DNA from: a virus
Lineage: Duplodnaviria; Caudoviricetes
Virus record (IMG/VR): IMGVR_UViG_3300030095_006531
Span: 1-64,000 of that record
Reading direction: 5' to 3' (one strand)
DNA: 64,000 nt
The notes under the pieces were generated by a model. The model was given only the letters and a program-made list of their open reading frames with translations, made no database searches and was not told the origin of the DNA. Shown piece after piece: positions 35,708 through 45,190 of this stretch. Both the position numbers and the translations under genes were made by a program. Numbering within the stretch: position 1 is the first letter of the stretch; each line of letters starts with the position of its first letter.

Positions 35708-37562
35708 ATTTTACCTCGCAAGCTCCTCCAGCGCAGGCAATTTCTCCGCTGAGGTTTGTATTGTCATCATACTCTGTAATCTTAGTTAAATCAACATCTT
35801 TTAGAGAGTCCATCATTCTTTTGTATGTCAACTCATCGCAATCTTCAAATGGAGCTTGCTTGTATGAGCCGCCATTATAAGGTAAAACAGATAGTCCATT
35901 ATAATGATTTCTGTTTTCCCACATCCAATTACTGATAGTGTCCCACTCGTCCTCTTTTACCGAAATGGTTGCAGAGATGTTATGAGTATTATTTCCTCTT
36001 TTGTGGCCATTCTTGATCCAATTTTTAGAAAACCATTTTACCCTATCCAAAAGGCTTAAGGCGGATTCGTGGCGCAAGATTGCATTTTCTGGAGATTTTT
36101 GGGGTACAGAAATAACAGCCGTATCATGGGGTCTGAAGAATTCATCTTCTACTAATTCTGGATGATTGATTGAAAGATAATGATATATATCCTCGTTCTT
36201 TCCCACTCGAATCCTACGAATATAATACTCGTTATGCCAAGCATGAATTCCACTTGAACAACCCAGAACAAGCGAGGATGTACCACTTGGTTTGATTGTG
36301 GTTACACGATTTGCAGGTCGAATACCTAACCGAGCGGCCACACGAACATTTTCGTCTTTTGCAACTTTAGCAGCAGCTTTCATATCCATCTCTTGTGCAA
36401 GGCCAGAAGCAATTCCTGTCAATCCTATACCCAATAAGGCTTCTTTTTCGGTGGTACGTTGCCAAATAGGGCGCAAATAATGAAAATCAGTATAAGAGGC
36501 TTGAAGTGTGCCGACTAAAGCAGCAGCTTTTACCCTTTCATTTAAATCCTCTTGAGACTCAATATTGGAAACATTTACTTCACAAAGATTACAAAATTGA
36601 AATGGGCGCAAACCAATCTCACAGCACGGATTTGTTCCCCAATCTTTATCGTGTGTAAAATATATTCCCGGTTCTCCAGAGTTTGAATGTTGGATGCGAT
36701 CCCAAACTTCGTCAAAAAATTCCTTCTCTACGCGATGTCTTACCAACACAGCACTATTATTTGCTCTAGCTCGTTGTGGGTTTTTTTCCCACCAGTTTCC
36801 TGATTTGCAAGCAATCATTTCTTTGTCATCGGCGGAAAATAGAGAGATTAGAGCAGCGCGTCGGATTCCACCAGCAAGGACAGCATCAGCAATATGACAC
36901 ACAATATCGTGAACTTCAATTGGCTCAAGCTGAGATCCTTCTTCCTTTTCGTTCAAGATAGATTTAAGTTGTCGAATGCATGTTTTAAGCGGTTCTGGTC
37001 CTGGAGCTTTACCGCCTGAAGTAATTAATTTTGCTCCCTTGGGGCGAATATCAGAAAAGTCAAAATCAATTGTAGAGGTTCCCTCAAAATAGGATCTCAT
37101 CAATACTTTAACTGCATCAGCCCAACCCTCAATAGAGTCACCCACCAAGAAGCGTCGTTTTCGATCTGCACGAGGGTGGCGGATTTCCGGCAACTTTTCA
37201 ACATGATGTCTTTGAACTGAAAAGCCGATGCCTGTGCCACCTAACAATAAAAATAAGATTTCATTAAAAGCTCGGTAGTCATCAACAGGCAAGAAACCGC
37301 AATTATAAACACGGTTTGGACTGATTTCGATTGGCTTACCTCCGAACTGTAGTGAGCGCATTGATGGTAAAATCTTTTTATCATAGACTAATTCATATGC
37401 ATTTTCGATTTCCTCTTTCATCTCAGGAAACTTCTTTATGTGCATCTCCTTGTTTCGTGTAACTAATTCTTCCCATGTCTCTCTACGACCTAAATCCTTT
37501 CTATATTTTGCGTACTTCATAAACACTGTAATATCTGACAGTATTTTGCTTGCTAGTTCCAT
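35700..37562 (-). CDS. nrdJ: Class II (B12-dependent) ribonucleotide reductase
   Basis: NCGF, GTGIGF, RRAALI, TNPCCEI, CNLCE, TIKPSGT, C-terminal CAGGAC; no beta subunit nearby. Confidence 0.9.
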   Translation of the reverse strand: MELASKILSDITVFMKYAKYRKDLGRRETWEELVTRNKEMHIKKFPEMKEEIENAYELVYDKKILPSMRSLQFGGKPIEISPNRVYNCGFLPVDDYRAFNEILFLLLGGTGIGFSVQRHHVEKLPEIRHPRADRKRRFLVGDSIEGWADAVKVLMRSYFEGTSTIDFDFSDIRPKGAKLITSGGKAPGPEPLKTCIRQLKSILNEKEEGSQLEPIEVHDIVCHIADAVLAGGIRRAALISLFSADDKEMIACKSGNWWEKNPQRARANNSAVLVRHRVEKEFFDEVWDRIQHSNSGEPGIYFTHDKDWGTNPCCEIGLRPFQFCNLCEVNVSNIESQEDLNERVKAAALVGTLQASYTDFHYLRPIWQRTTEKEALLGIGLTGIASGLAQEMDMKAAAKVAKDENVRVAARLGIRPANRVTTIKPSGTSSLVLGCSSGIHAWHNEYYIRRIRVGKNEDIYHYLSINHPELVEDEFFRPHDTAVISVPQKSPENAILRHESALSLLDRVKWFSKNWIKNGHKRGNNTHNISATISVKEDEWDTISNWMWENRNHYNGLSVLPYNGGSYKQAPFEDCDELTYKRMMDSLKDVDLTKITEYDDNTNLSGEIACAGGACEVKYV

Positions 37563-38938
37563 TAAATAACTGCTCCTTTCATTAATTTTTTGTATTTATC
37601 TAACATAAATTTTTGTTGCTCTTCTTGTGACAGGGCTGGGCCTGTCATTTCTTGCGGTTCATATCTGTCCAGCACCTTAATATCAATATTGGCCGTATCC
37701 ATGAAAATATTATGAACTAGACCGTCTGGCCCATTGCGATTTTTAGCTATATAAATTCTGCCACCGTTGTTCTGCTTATCCTCTGCCGTCCTTGATACAG
37801 AAAAAATAAGATCTGCAACAAAGCACTTATTAAATGCTTCCGAGATTGATTGCATTGTGATGATTTCTGCCTGCAACCCTGTTCTGTTTGTTTGAGATGC
37901 CGTCCAACCAACAACATTATTTTCCATCATTATTGCTCGCAAATCTTCGTAGATTGATTCCAGTTCTTCACGCTTTTCCCTTCTCATGGAAATAGTTTTG
38001 AGTAGATCGGCATAGTCCACAATGATCATGTCAGGAATAATACCTTGTTGTTTTAATTTTTCTAAATGAGCGCGAATTGTGTTTGTGTTTGCCGTTTTTG
38101 TTGGATACTCTTTAACAATCAATTTACCATCAAAACCCTTAAGCTCTTCTCTGATCTCTTGTTTCCTATCTAATAGTTCATCCAGAGGGATTCCCGTGAT
38201 GCATGAATCGTACCTATTTGCGATTACCGTATCTTTTAATTCAAAAGTGTAGTGTACAACTGTCATCCCTGCCTTGAAAGCAGTAGCGCCCAAATGAACA
38301 AGAACCATAGACTTACCCACTCCTGTTGGAGCTACAACCACACCTAATTCACCCCGACCGCCGCCACCTCCAGTGATTTTATCTAAATTTTCCCACCCTG
38401 TTGTGATTGCTTCTCGACCAGAGAACATAAATCTTTCTTCAAAATCTTTGATATAATCGTAACCGAAATCGGCGTCGGCACCTGCCTTCAACGCATCATT
38501 GATGAGTACAGAAATTTCATCAAATGAGCATTTTTTGAGCAATGAAGTTGATTGTAGCATCGCTTCTCGTAGTTTCTGTTTCCTACAAAAATCAATAGCA
38601 GTATCTTTCACATATTGAGACGACTCCAGGATATTGACATTGGCCAAAGTCCTTGCATAGTAATCACGAATTTGCTTTTGAAGAGCTTCATTCAAATCTT
38701 CTAGTTGCGACTTTATAACCGTCTTCATAGTTTCGTGAGATGGCTGTTCTTTATACTTATTTTTGTGATGAAAGATTTTTTCAACAAAAACCTGAAGGTA
38801 TTTAAACTCCAAAAACTCGACATTTAATACTTCAAGCATTCGATCTGCAAAGACTCGGTCATCTAGAATTAAAAATGTTAGTTTTTCTTGAAATGTTTTT
38901 CCATATTTTGAAAAAGAAATCTGCTCATTATCGGACAT
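37562..38938 (-). CDS. DnaB/gp41-like replicative helicase
   Basis: APTGVGKS, YTFE, IIVDYAD, TASQTNR, KNRNG; start moved to 38938 (GAGG). Confidence 0.92.
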   Translation of the reverse strand: MSDNEQISFSKYGKTFQEKLTFLILDDRVFADRMLEVLNVEFLEFKYLQVFVEKIFHHKNKYKEQPSHETMKTVIKSQLEDLNEALQKQIRDYYARTLANVNILESSQYVKDTAIDFCRKQKLREAMLQSTSLLKKCSFDEISVLINDALKAGADADFGYDYIKDFEERFMFSGREAITTGWENLDKITGGGGGRGELGVVVAPTGVGKSMVLVHLGATAFKAGMTVVHYTFELKDTVIANRYDSCITGIPLDELLDRKQEIREELKGFDGKLIVKEYPTKTANTNTIRAHLEKLKQQGIIPDMIIVDYADLLKTISMRREKREELESIYEDLRAIMMENNVVGWTASQTNRTGLQAEIITMQSISEAFNKCFVADLIFSVSRTAEDKQNNGGRIYIAKNRNGPDGLVHNIFMDTANIDIKVLDRYEPQEMTGPALSQEEQQKFMLDKYKKLMKGAVI

Positions 38939-38967
38939 TATTACCTCGTAAATTTGATTCAATATAG

Positions 38968-38996
38968 ATCATACATCATCCAATCAACACTGTCAA
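38968..38996 (-). promoter_or_regulatory. sigma70-like promoter
   Basis: TTGACA-17-TATGAT. Confidence 0.72.
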
Positions 38997-39023
38997 CACT
39001 TTTGTTCAGAATGAACAATGTAA

Positions 39024-39989
39024 CTAGTGCTTATTCGTGTCAATCAACGATCTAAATTTCTGAAAAAGAGAATTCCAATTGAACTCGTGTATCCCATCAA
39101 GTGACATCATTTTCAAGACTTCAGTTCTATTGAAAGATGGTTTAAAATTTGTAACAGTATTATTAATATGTTGTGAACTTTTCACAGAAATGTGTGGAGA
39201 ATAAAGCTGCATTAATTTGTAGTTCAACTCAACTTTATTTTTTTCTGATATTATATTTTTAAATATTTTGTGACCAGAATCAGATTTGCGACAAAAAGAA
39301 AAAAGATCGTCCAAAGTGCAAGATTTTTCTTCTGAAAGAAATGAGAAATTTTTTGCAATGGTTTTTAAGCCAGCACCTCTTACGCCGTCGAGATTATCTG
39401 ACTTATCTCCATCTATTGCTCTAGCGATGGCAAAATTGTTTGGATGGATAGAAAACTGATCCAAGATCCTTTTCTTGTTCAAAAACTCATTCTTAACTGG
39501 ACTATAGATCATTGTCTTATCGTCACATAGTTGATAAAAATCCTTATCCATGGAGACGATTATTTTAACATTCTCTCTTAAAGAGGGCATCCGACAAACA
39601 TATGCAATCACATCATCAGCTTCAATGTCTTCAATCATTAGTTGTATGATTGGCATCACATTGAGATATTCAATAGTTTTTTTCATCTGGTCGTATCTAT
39701 TTTGTGACTCCTCAATCGAGGACATTCCATCGTAGGCTCTGTTTAGTTTCAGAGGTTTGCGGCCTTCTTTATATTGATTTGCCAAGGCTTGGCGTTTTTT
39801 GCTTCCGCCGCCACCGTCCCATACGACCACTATTTTATCAGGTTGAATATCTCTTGTCATTTTTTGCAATGACATTAAAAATCCTTTCGTCCCCCCAATA
39901 GGAGAGCCGTCTGCCGCTAAAGACGGGTTCATAACATAATTTCTTATGAACAGGTTCATTGCATCAATTATTAAAATCTTTTCAGACAT
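39024..39989 (-). CDS. 5'-3' exonuclease / RNase H (FEN1/T4 rnh-like)
   Basis: IIDAMNLFIR, VVWDG, YKEGR, EADDVIA, SMDKDFYQL, GDKSDNLDGVRGAG.KT. Confidence 0.92.
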   Translation of the reverse strand: MSEKILIIDAMNLFIRNYVMNPSLAADGSPIGGTKGFLMSLQKMTRDIQPDKIVVVWDGGGGSKKRQALANQYKEGRKPLKLNRAYDGMSSIEESQNRYDQMKKTIEYLNVMPIIQLMIEDIEADDVIAYVCRMPSLRENVKIIVSMDKDFYQLCDDKTMIYSPVKNEFLNKKRILDQFSIHPNNFAIARAIDGDKSDNLDGVRGAGLKTIAKNFSFLSEEKSCTLDDLFSFCRKSDSGHKIFKNIISEKNKVELNYKLMQLYSPHISVKSSQHINNTVTNFKPSFNRTEVLKMMSLDGIHEFNWNSLFQKFRSLIDTNKH

Positions 39990-39990
39990 T

Positions 39991-40806
39991 TTATCCCTCA
40001 CTTATAAAGCTGTTAATCAAATTTTCAACGATATTATGCGTTTCTTCTACATTTTTAACCTCATATGCACGTTCTGGGTGTGTCTTTTTTATTTTATCAT
40101 ACAGAGGTTTATCATTACCTTCAGGGATTTTGCACCTATCTCCAATAAACCAAACATCATGGTCTTTAAAATGATTTAAAGCCTGAGTCTTATCCCAGCC
40201 ACAGGGGTAAATATCAATAGAGGTACTGCCACCCAAAGAAAAGCACAGTTTTTTTGCCAACCATGTACGATTAAATTTTTCTATATATTTCTTTCTCGCG
40301 CCTTCTTCCTTATCCAAGTCCATAAACTCCATTCGATCCCGAAGGTTGGCCGATCTACCAACCGGACACCAATTTATTAGAGATTCTCGGTAAGATATAA
40401 AATGACCACTCATTGGAATTTTTTTAGGATGAGTCATATGAAAAATATACATTTGTTCCAGCAGTGCAAAAGATAATTTGCGATAATATTCTTCTCCCAA
40501 ATGTTCACGCATATTCAGGCCAAAAACTTTTTTCCAACTTCCCGTTTCCCATTCTTTATAGTCCCAAATGTATTTTTGTGTGCCATTGCAAGGTAAAATA
40601 AAAAAGTTGGAATAATTTTCGTTCTTGTTAAACAGGGATTTGCACTGTTGCATTACATAATTGAAATCACTTCCAGTAACAATTCCAACTTTTGCGACCT
40701 TAGAGAGGGAAAGAAGGGCTTCTTCCATCTTTTTTTCAATTAATTGGCGTGGTGGGGTGATTGTTCCATCCATATCTAACAATACAACTTTATTGCTCAT
40801 CATCAA
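39991..40806 (-). CDS. Phosphomannomutase, HAD (eukaryotic-type PMM) family
   Basis: DMDGTITPPR, VTGSD, R..LIN.CPVGR, GGSTSIDIYP.GWDK, FIGD, GND. Confidence 0.85.
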   Translation of the reverse strand: MMMSNKVVLLDMDGTITPPRQLIEKKMEEALLSLSKVAKVGIVTGSDFNYVMQQCKSLFNKNENYSNFFILPCNGTQKYIWDYKEWETGSWKKVFGLNMREHLGEEYYRKLSFALLEQMYIFHMTHPKKIPMSGHFISYRESLINWCPVGRSANLRDRMEFMDLDKEEGARKKYIEKFNRTWLAKKLCFSLGGSTSIDIYPCGWDKTQALNHFKDHDVWFIGDRCKIPEGNDKPLYDKIKKTHPERAYEVKNVEETHNIVENLINSFISEG

Positions 40807-40817
40807 CTAATCCCTAC

Positions 40818-41954
40818 TTATTTTGCATTAACTTTCGCTTCTTTAACCGACTCTTCTTCTAGGTCATAAAAGTCTTCTGCTTTACCGCTTTTATTTTCAA
40901 ACTTTTGAATAACTTCCTCGTCTATTATCTGATGTACAATTTTGGAGAATTTTGGATCTGTTTTCATAAGTTTTGGAAATGTTGCTGCTTGAAACTTCTT
41001 TTCGTAACCCTCCAGAGTAAACCATGCTCCACTGTTTTTAAGTTTGTCAGATGGTTTAATTGCTGTCAAAAGGGATTCGTCATTTAAAATTCCAACCTGC
41101 TCTCCACCCCACAAGATTTTAAAATTACAAATTCGACCTTGAGTACCGAATTTAGATTTCTCTAGTTTGGCTTTTACTTCCGACCCTATTCTATATCCAT
41201 TATCATCTTCAATAAAAGTCTTTTTACCTTTTAGGCCGGTGAGCCAAACTCTTAATGAGTAAGCATAAATAATCGCTTTGCCGCCAGGTGTAAACCAAGG
41301 TTGCGACAACATCATCATAGGGTTGGACGTGTTAATGTTTGTCTTGAGTTGGTTAAGAACTAGCAATGTTGACTGAGATTTGTTAAGTGCAACTGTCAGT
41401 TTCTGCATCCCCAGCGAAAGGACTCTTGGTTTTTGAGCCATTGATGCTTGTGGGTTAAAATCTTTTTCTAGATCTGCACGGCATGGGGTCATTGCTAAAG
41501 AATCCACAACGAACAAGTATCGATTGTCGGGATCGTTTGACATGCACAGCTCGGCGGTTTCAAGAACCATTTCGATGTCGTCGGGCTGAATGATAAGGAT
41601 TTGATTATCACCTTCCATATCACAACCAAGTTTTTCAAGAAATTCACTTGTCATTGTTTGTTCGGAGTCAAAGTAAAGAACCTTGATGCCTTTCTTTTGA
41701 GCTTCTCGGGCAACCTGACCAGCCATATAAGATTTTCCAGAACTTTCAAGACCCGCTATTTCGGTTACGCGACCAACAGGAATGCCTGCTAGTTGGCCTC
41801 GGCAGATGATAGAGTCTAGCCAGCGCGAGCCCGTGGAAATCCAGTCTTTAATATCGGCAGGGCTTTCTTGATCTCCTGAAAAGGCAACAGTTCGGCCTGC
41901 TTTCTTGTTGATCATTTTTAAAATATCTTTTGATGAGAGTTTTCCGTCACCCAT
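40818..41954 (-). CDS. recA: RecA/UvsX recombinase
   Basis: GRVTEIAGLESSGKS, YFDSE, VVDSLA, LNQLK, TPGGKA; start moved to 41954 (AGGAG). Confidence 0.93.
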   Translation of the reverse strand: MGDGKLSSKDILKMINKKAGRTVAFSGDQESPADIKDWISTGSRWLDSIICRGQLAGIPVGRVTEIAGLESSGKSYMAGQVAREAQKKGIKVLYFDSEQTMTSEFLEKLGCDMEGDNQILIIQPDDIEMVLETAELCMSNDPDNRYLFVVDSLAMTPCRADLEKDFNPQASMAQKPRVLSLGMQKLTVALNKSQSTLLVLNQLKTNINTSNPMMMLSQPWFTPGGKAIIYAYSLRVWLTGLKGKKTFIEDDNGYRIGSEVKAKLEKSKFGTQGRICNFKILWGGEQVGILNDESLLTAIKPSDKLKNSGAWFTLEGYEKKFQAATFPKLMKTDPKFSKIVHQIIDEEVIQKFENKSGKAEDFYDLEEESVKEAKVNAK

Positions 41955-41973
41955 ATATTCTCCTATAAAAAAA

Positions 41974-42014
41974 GAAAGCACTGCGACATTAGATTTTAAC
42001 ATCGCAGTGCTTTC
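41974..42014 (-). terminator. Terminator/attenuator between ssb and recA
   Basis: Perfect 13-bp stem gaaagcactgcga/tcgcagtgctttc plus U-run. Confidence 0.8.
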
Positions 42015-42033
42015 AAAAACTAAATGTTTTTAT

Positions 42034-42765
42034 TTACGCAGACAATTCGCGAATTGCTTCGTCTACACTACTGATTCCAACATCATCGACACTTGGACCA
42101 TCAATCGGGTTTAGGAATGCTTCCAAAATGTTTTTAACATCTGTTGTTGATTTACGCTGAAATAGAGAATCAATTTCTGGAACCTGTTCCAGTATTTCTT
42201 TGATTCCCGCTTTTGAACTTGCCAAAGCTGAGGATTTTCTCTTGGGTACGAGATTTGTTTGAGGAAACGCACCTTTTGTCTTTGGAAGAGTATAATTTAA
42301 GGTAAAGTCCACACCAGAATCAGTGTCAGTAATATCACCATAATCAGGATTTAAAACAAGACCCAAAAGGGTTTCATAAATGGTTTTACCATAGCCCCAG
42401 ATTTTCACACCTTGTTCTTCCTCACCACGCACAATTACAGGGGAGAAAAACCGTTGGCGAACAAAAAGAGACTTAGCCATCTTCTTGCTTTCTTCAGTAC
42501 CCTCTTGCCACAGTTTTGATGCGAAATCACAAACTGGACAATTATCCCCAAATTGTCGTTTAGGGCAAAGAATCCCGCCACGAGCGCCTTCACCTAGATT
42601 ATAGTGAAAGTGATATACTTTGAACGGATCCCCATCTTCGGTGGGAACAAGACGGATGTCTTGATCACCCTCTTGAGGTCGCCACCAAACATTGTCTGAT
42701 TTAGATTTACCACCTGATTCAAGTTCCTGAAGTTTGGCCTTCATTTTAGCCATGTCTAATGCCAT
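42034..42765 (-). CDS. gp32-like single-stranded DNA-binding protein
   Basis: WWRP..G...IRLVP, CPK...CPVC, WGYGK, DPxYGDITD..G.D, acidic tail. Confidence 0.85.
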   Translation of the reverse strand: MALDMAKMKAKLQELESGGKSKSDNVWWRPQEGDQDIRLVPTEDGDPFKVYHFHYNLGEGARGGILCPKRQFGDNCPVCDFASKLWQEGTEESKKMAKSLFVRQRFFSPVIVRGEEEQGVKIWGYGKTIYETLLGLVLNPDYGDITDTDSGVDFTLNYTLPKTKGAFPQTNLVPKRKSSALASSKAGIKEILEQVPEIDSLFQRKSTTDVKNILEAFLNPIDGPSVDDVGISSVDEAIRELSA

Positions 42766-42816
42766 ATTTATTTTCTCCTTAAGGTAAGATCAGCAAATAT
42801 CCCAATCTTCCAGTTT

Positions 42817-43647
42817 TTATTTTTGTATCACCGATGAGTGATTTAAACAATAAATGTAATCTTGTTCATAATCAGTCTCGAAGATCCCATAAGTAACTCT
42901 AACACCATCTTCTTTCTTCAAAGAAACAGCATTTTTTATTTTACTCATGAGCGCGAAATCTGATTCAAGCTTTTCTTTATTGTGAGTGTAATAGTACACT
43001 ATATCTGTCACGTTGTCAAGCGAAAAAAACATTCGTTCTTCATTTTTTTCTAAATTTGACATACCAACTGTTGTTAGTCTTGCTCCGGTTGGTAGATTAC
43101 AGTAAGTATCTGTAATTGCTTGATTATTTTTATAAACATTAATCATGTGAATTGTTGAAACAATCATTTCATTAATCTTTTCATGATAATTTTTAACTGA
43201 AATATCACCAATAATATCGGCTATTTCTTCATTAGAAACAATGTACATTCTCTCGAAAACGCCAGACCTAGTATACTCTTGAAGTACGTTATACACTAAT
43301 CGCTCTAGCTTAACTTGATCTTCGTTTAATAGTGACATCTCTGGTTTAATATATAAAATATTTATTGAGCACTTCTTTAGGTTTTCTAGAATTGATAGAG
43401 TTGCGGAACTTACTTTTCCTGAGCCTGCTAAAACAAAAAGAACATCACCCTTTACCCCCTTAAAGAATGACCTCATTGAGGGTATTTTTTCTTCATAATC
43501 TTCTAACTTTTGATGCTCTTTTATGGGGTAAGTATGTTTGGTCTTCTTCAGACCAACATCAATTTTATATGTCAAATATTGAGGAAATTGAGCAAACTTG
43601 TCGGCGATATTACAACCGGCTTTGCCCAGGCCAATAACTGCATCCAT
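42817..43647 (-). CDS. Divergent tubulin/FtsZ-family (PhuZ/TubZ-like) protein
   Basis: VIGLGKAGCNIA (T1 loop), ID, AGSGKVSS at the T4-loop position, IKP, IVSN. Confidence 0.7.
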   Translation of the reverse strand: MDAVIGLGKAGCNIADKFAQFPQYLTYKIDVGLKKTKHTYPIKEHQKLEDYEEKIPSMRSFFKGVKGDVLFVLAGSGKVSSATLSILENLKKCSINILYIKPEMSLLNEDQVKLERLVYNVLQEYTRSGVFERMYIVSNEEIADIIGDISVKNYHEKINEMIVSTIHMINVYKNNQAITDTYCNLPTGARLTTVGMSNLEKNEERMFFSLDNVTDIVYYYTHNKEKLESDFALMSKIKNAVSLKKEDGVRVTYGIFETDYEQDYIYCLNHSSVIQK

Positions 43648-43955
43648 TATTCTGATACTTCCCGAAGAACATATTTTTTCTGAAATGCTCCACGTTTTAA
43701 GTTCTTTTTAATTCTTGCCCCCAACAAATCCCACTTGTTCGTTTCAGCGATTGTGACAACTACTTCATGGAGATCCGCCAATTCTTCAACACAAGGGTTT
43801 TCTTCAAACTCTTGGAGTTCTTCTTTTAATTTATAAATTAATCTATTTTGATATTCATTATCGTCGGCAACATAATAAGAACATTGCTTTCCCTGCTCTT
43901 TTATAATTGATGGAATTCTGTCTCTTACTAGTTTGTCATACTTTTTAATTGTCAT
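43647..43955 (-). CDS. MazG-like all-alpha nucleoside triphosphate pyrophosphohydrolase
   Basis: YDKLVRDRIP, KLKEELQEF, EELADL.EV. Confidence 0.82.
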   Translation of the reverse strand: MTIKKYDKLVRDRIPSIIKEQGKQCSYYVADDNEYQNRLIYKLKEELQEFEENPCVEELADLHEVVVTIAETNKWDLLGARIKKNLKRGAFQKKYVLREVSE

Positions 43956-45154
43956 TTGAACCTCTTCATATTTCCAAAATCTGTTCCAAGACTTGCATTT
44001 ACTTTAAATTTTCCCATATCAGTATCGCTGAAAACATCCATCAGTTCTTGGATAATTTCTTTATCATCACGGGAAAAATCAATCACCATACTATCATGAA
44101 TCAGCGCCATTGTAAAGGATTTTCTGTTTCTTAATATTTTATTTACTGCGATTGCTCTTCTCAAAAACACATCAGATGTTGTGCTCTGGATGATCGCATT
44201 CAGTGCGTGAAACTCGTCAGCCTGAACAGTTCTTCCAAACGGATTTTTAATTTGAGTCCCGTCCCAATATTTATTTAATGCTTTCTTTTTGTCGTAATAT
44301 TTTTCAATCTGAGGGATTCCCAACGATACATTTGGTGGTCCATAAAGCCAGCCAAAAATCTTTCTTTTAATCTCATCACGATCAAACACATGATCCGATA
44401 ATTTATTAAGAATTTGACCATGCCATTCGTGTATATCGTTATTTGGTTGCTCCTCTTCATTCAAAGCAAGCAAACATCTTAGCTCTGCCGCATTGAAATC
44501 CAATTCAATAAACCAATCATTTTTGGGTTTAACAATTTTTCGATAATTCTTATCCATCGTAAGGATCGGAAAAGAGTCACGTTTTGTGGTGAGACGCCCA
44601 GTGATAGTGCCAAATATATTATATTCAATGAATGGTCTGAGACATTTAACCTTGGCCTTAAACCTTCTAGTTTTGTATTGGTGTAGCTGATCGCTTAACT
44701 GACTCAAGTCAATACGCAATTTGTTACTCTCTATATCTGATATTAACTTGGACAATTCCAGTAAAAACTCATAATTATCTGGTTTTTCGTAATTGCTTAG
44801 AACATGTTCTGTTATTTGTGTCCTGAGATCAAAATATTTCATTGAAAAACTTTCAGGCACCAAGTCATAAAAGCAATAATCATAATGTTTTACTTTCGCC
44901 TCTCTAAATGAGTTGTAAAAAGCATGATGCTTTTTCTTGACTTGTTCCCACTCTTCTTTTATACTGTCAGGACAACACTGATCTATATTATTATTTTTAA
45001 TATATAAGGATGCATATTCAATATCATAATCTTTTAAGACAGGACTATATGACCATGTTTTTGAATATTTATTATATTCAGGGTGTTTTATAATCGCTTT
45101 GTCTGCATAAACACTTGGACATTCCTGTTTTTTATCAATTATGTGAAATAACAT
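43952..45154 (-). CDS. Minimal family A DNA polymerase domain
   Basis: TITGRL, motif A DFNAAELR, motif B R...K...F..LYG, N.IIQST, motif C HDS; start moved to 45154. Confidence 0.82.
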   Translation of the reverse strand: MLFHIIDKKQECPSVYADKAIIKHPEYNKYSKTWSYSPVLKDYDIEYASLYIKNNNIDQCCPDSIKEEWEQVKKKHHAFYNSFREAKVKHYDYCFYDLVPESFSMKYFDLRTQITEHVLSNYEKPDNYEFLLELSKLISDIESNKLRIDLSQLSDQLHQYKTRRFKAKVKCLRPFIEYNIFGTITGRLTTKRDSFPILTMDKNYRKIVKPKNDWFIELDFNAAELRCLLALNEEEQPNNDIHEWHGQILNKLSDHVFDRDEIKRKIFGWLYGPPNVSLGIPQIEKYYDKKKALNKYWDGTQIKNPFGRTVQADEFHALNAIIQSTTSDVFLRRAIAVNKILRNRKSFTMALIHDSMVIDFSRDDKEIIQELMDVFSDTDMGKFKVNASLGTDFGNMKRFK

Positions 45155-45161
45155 ATTTGAG

Positions 45162-45190
45162 ATCGTAGCATATTTTTGAAAGGCTGTCAA
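45162..45190 (-). promoter_or_regulatory. sigma70-like promoter, likely leaderless
   Basis: TTGACA-17-TACGAT, ATG 7 nt downstream. Confidence 0.72.
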
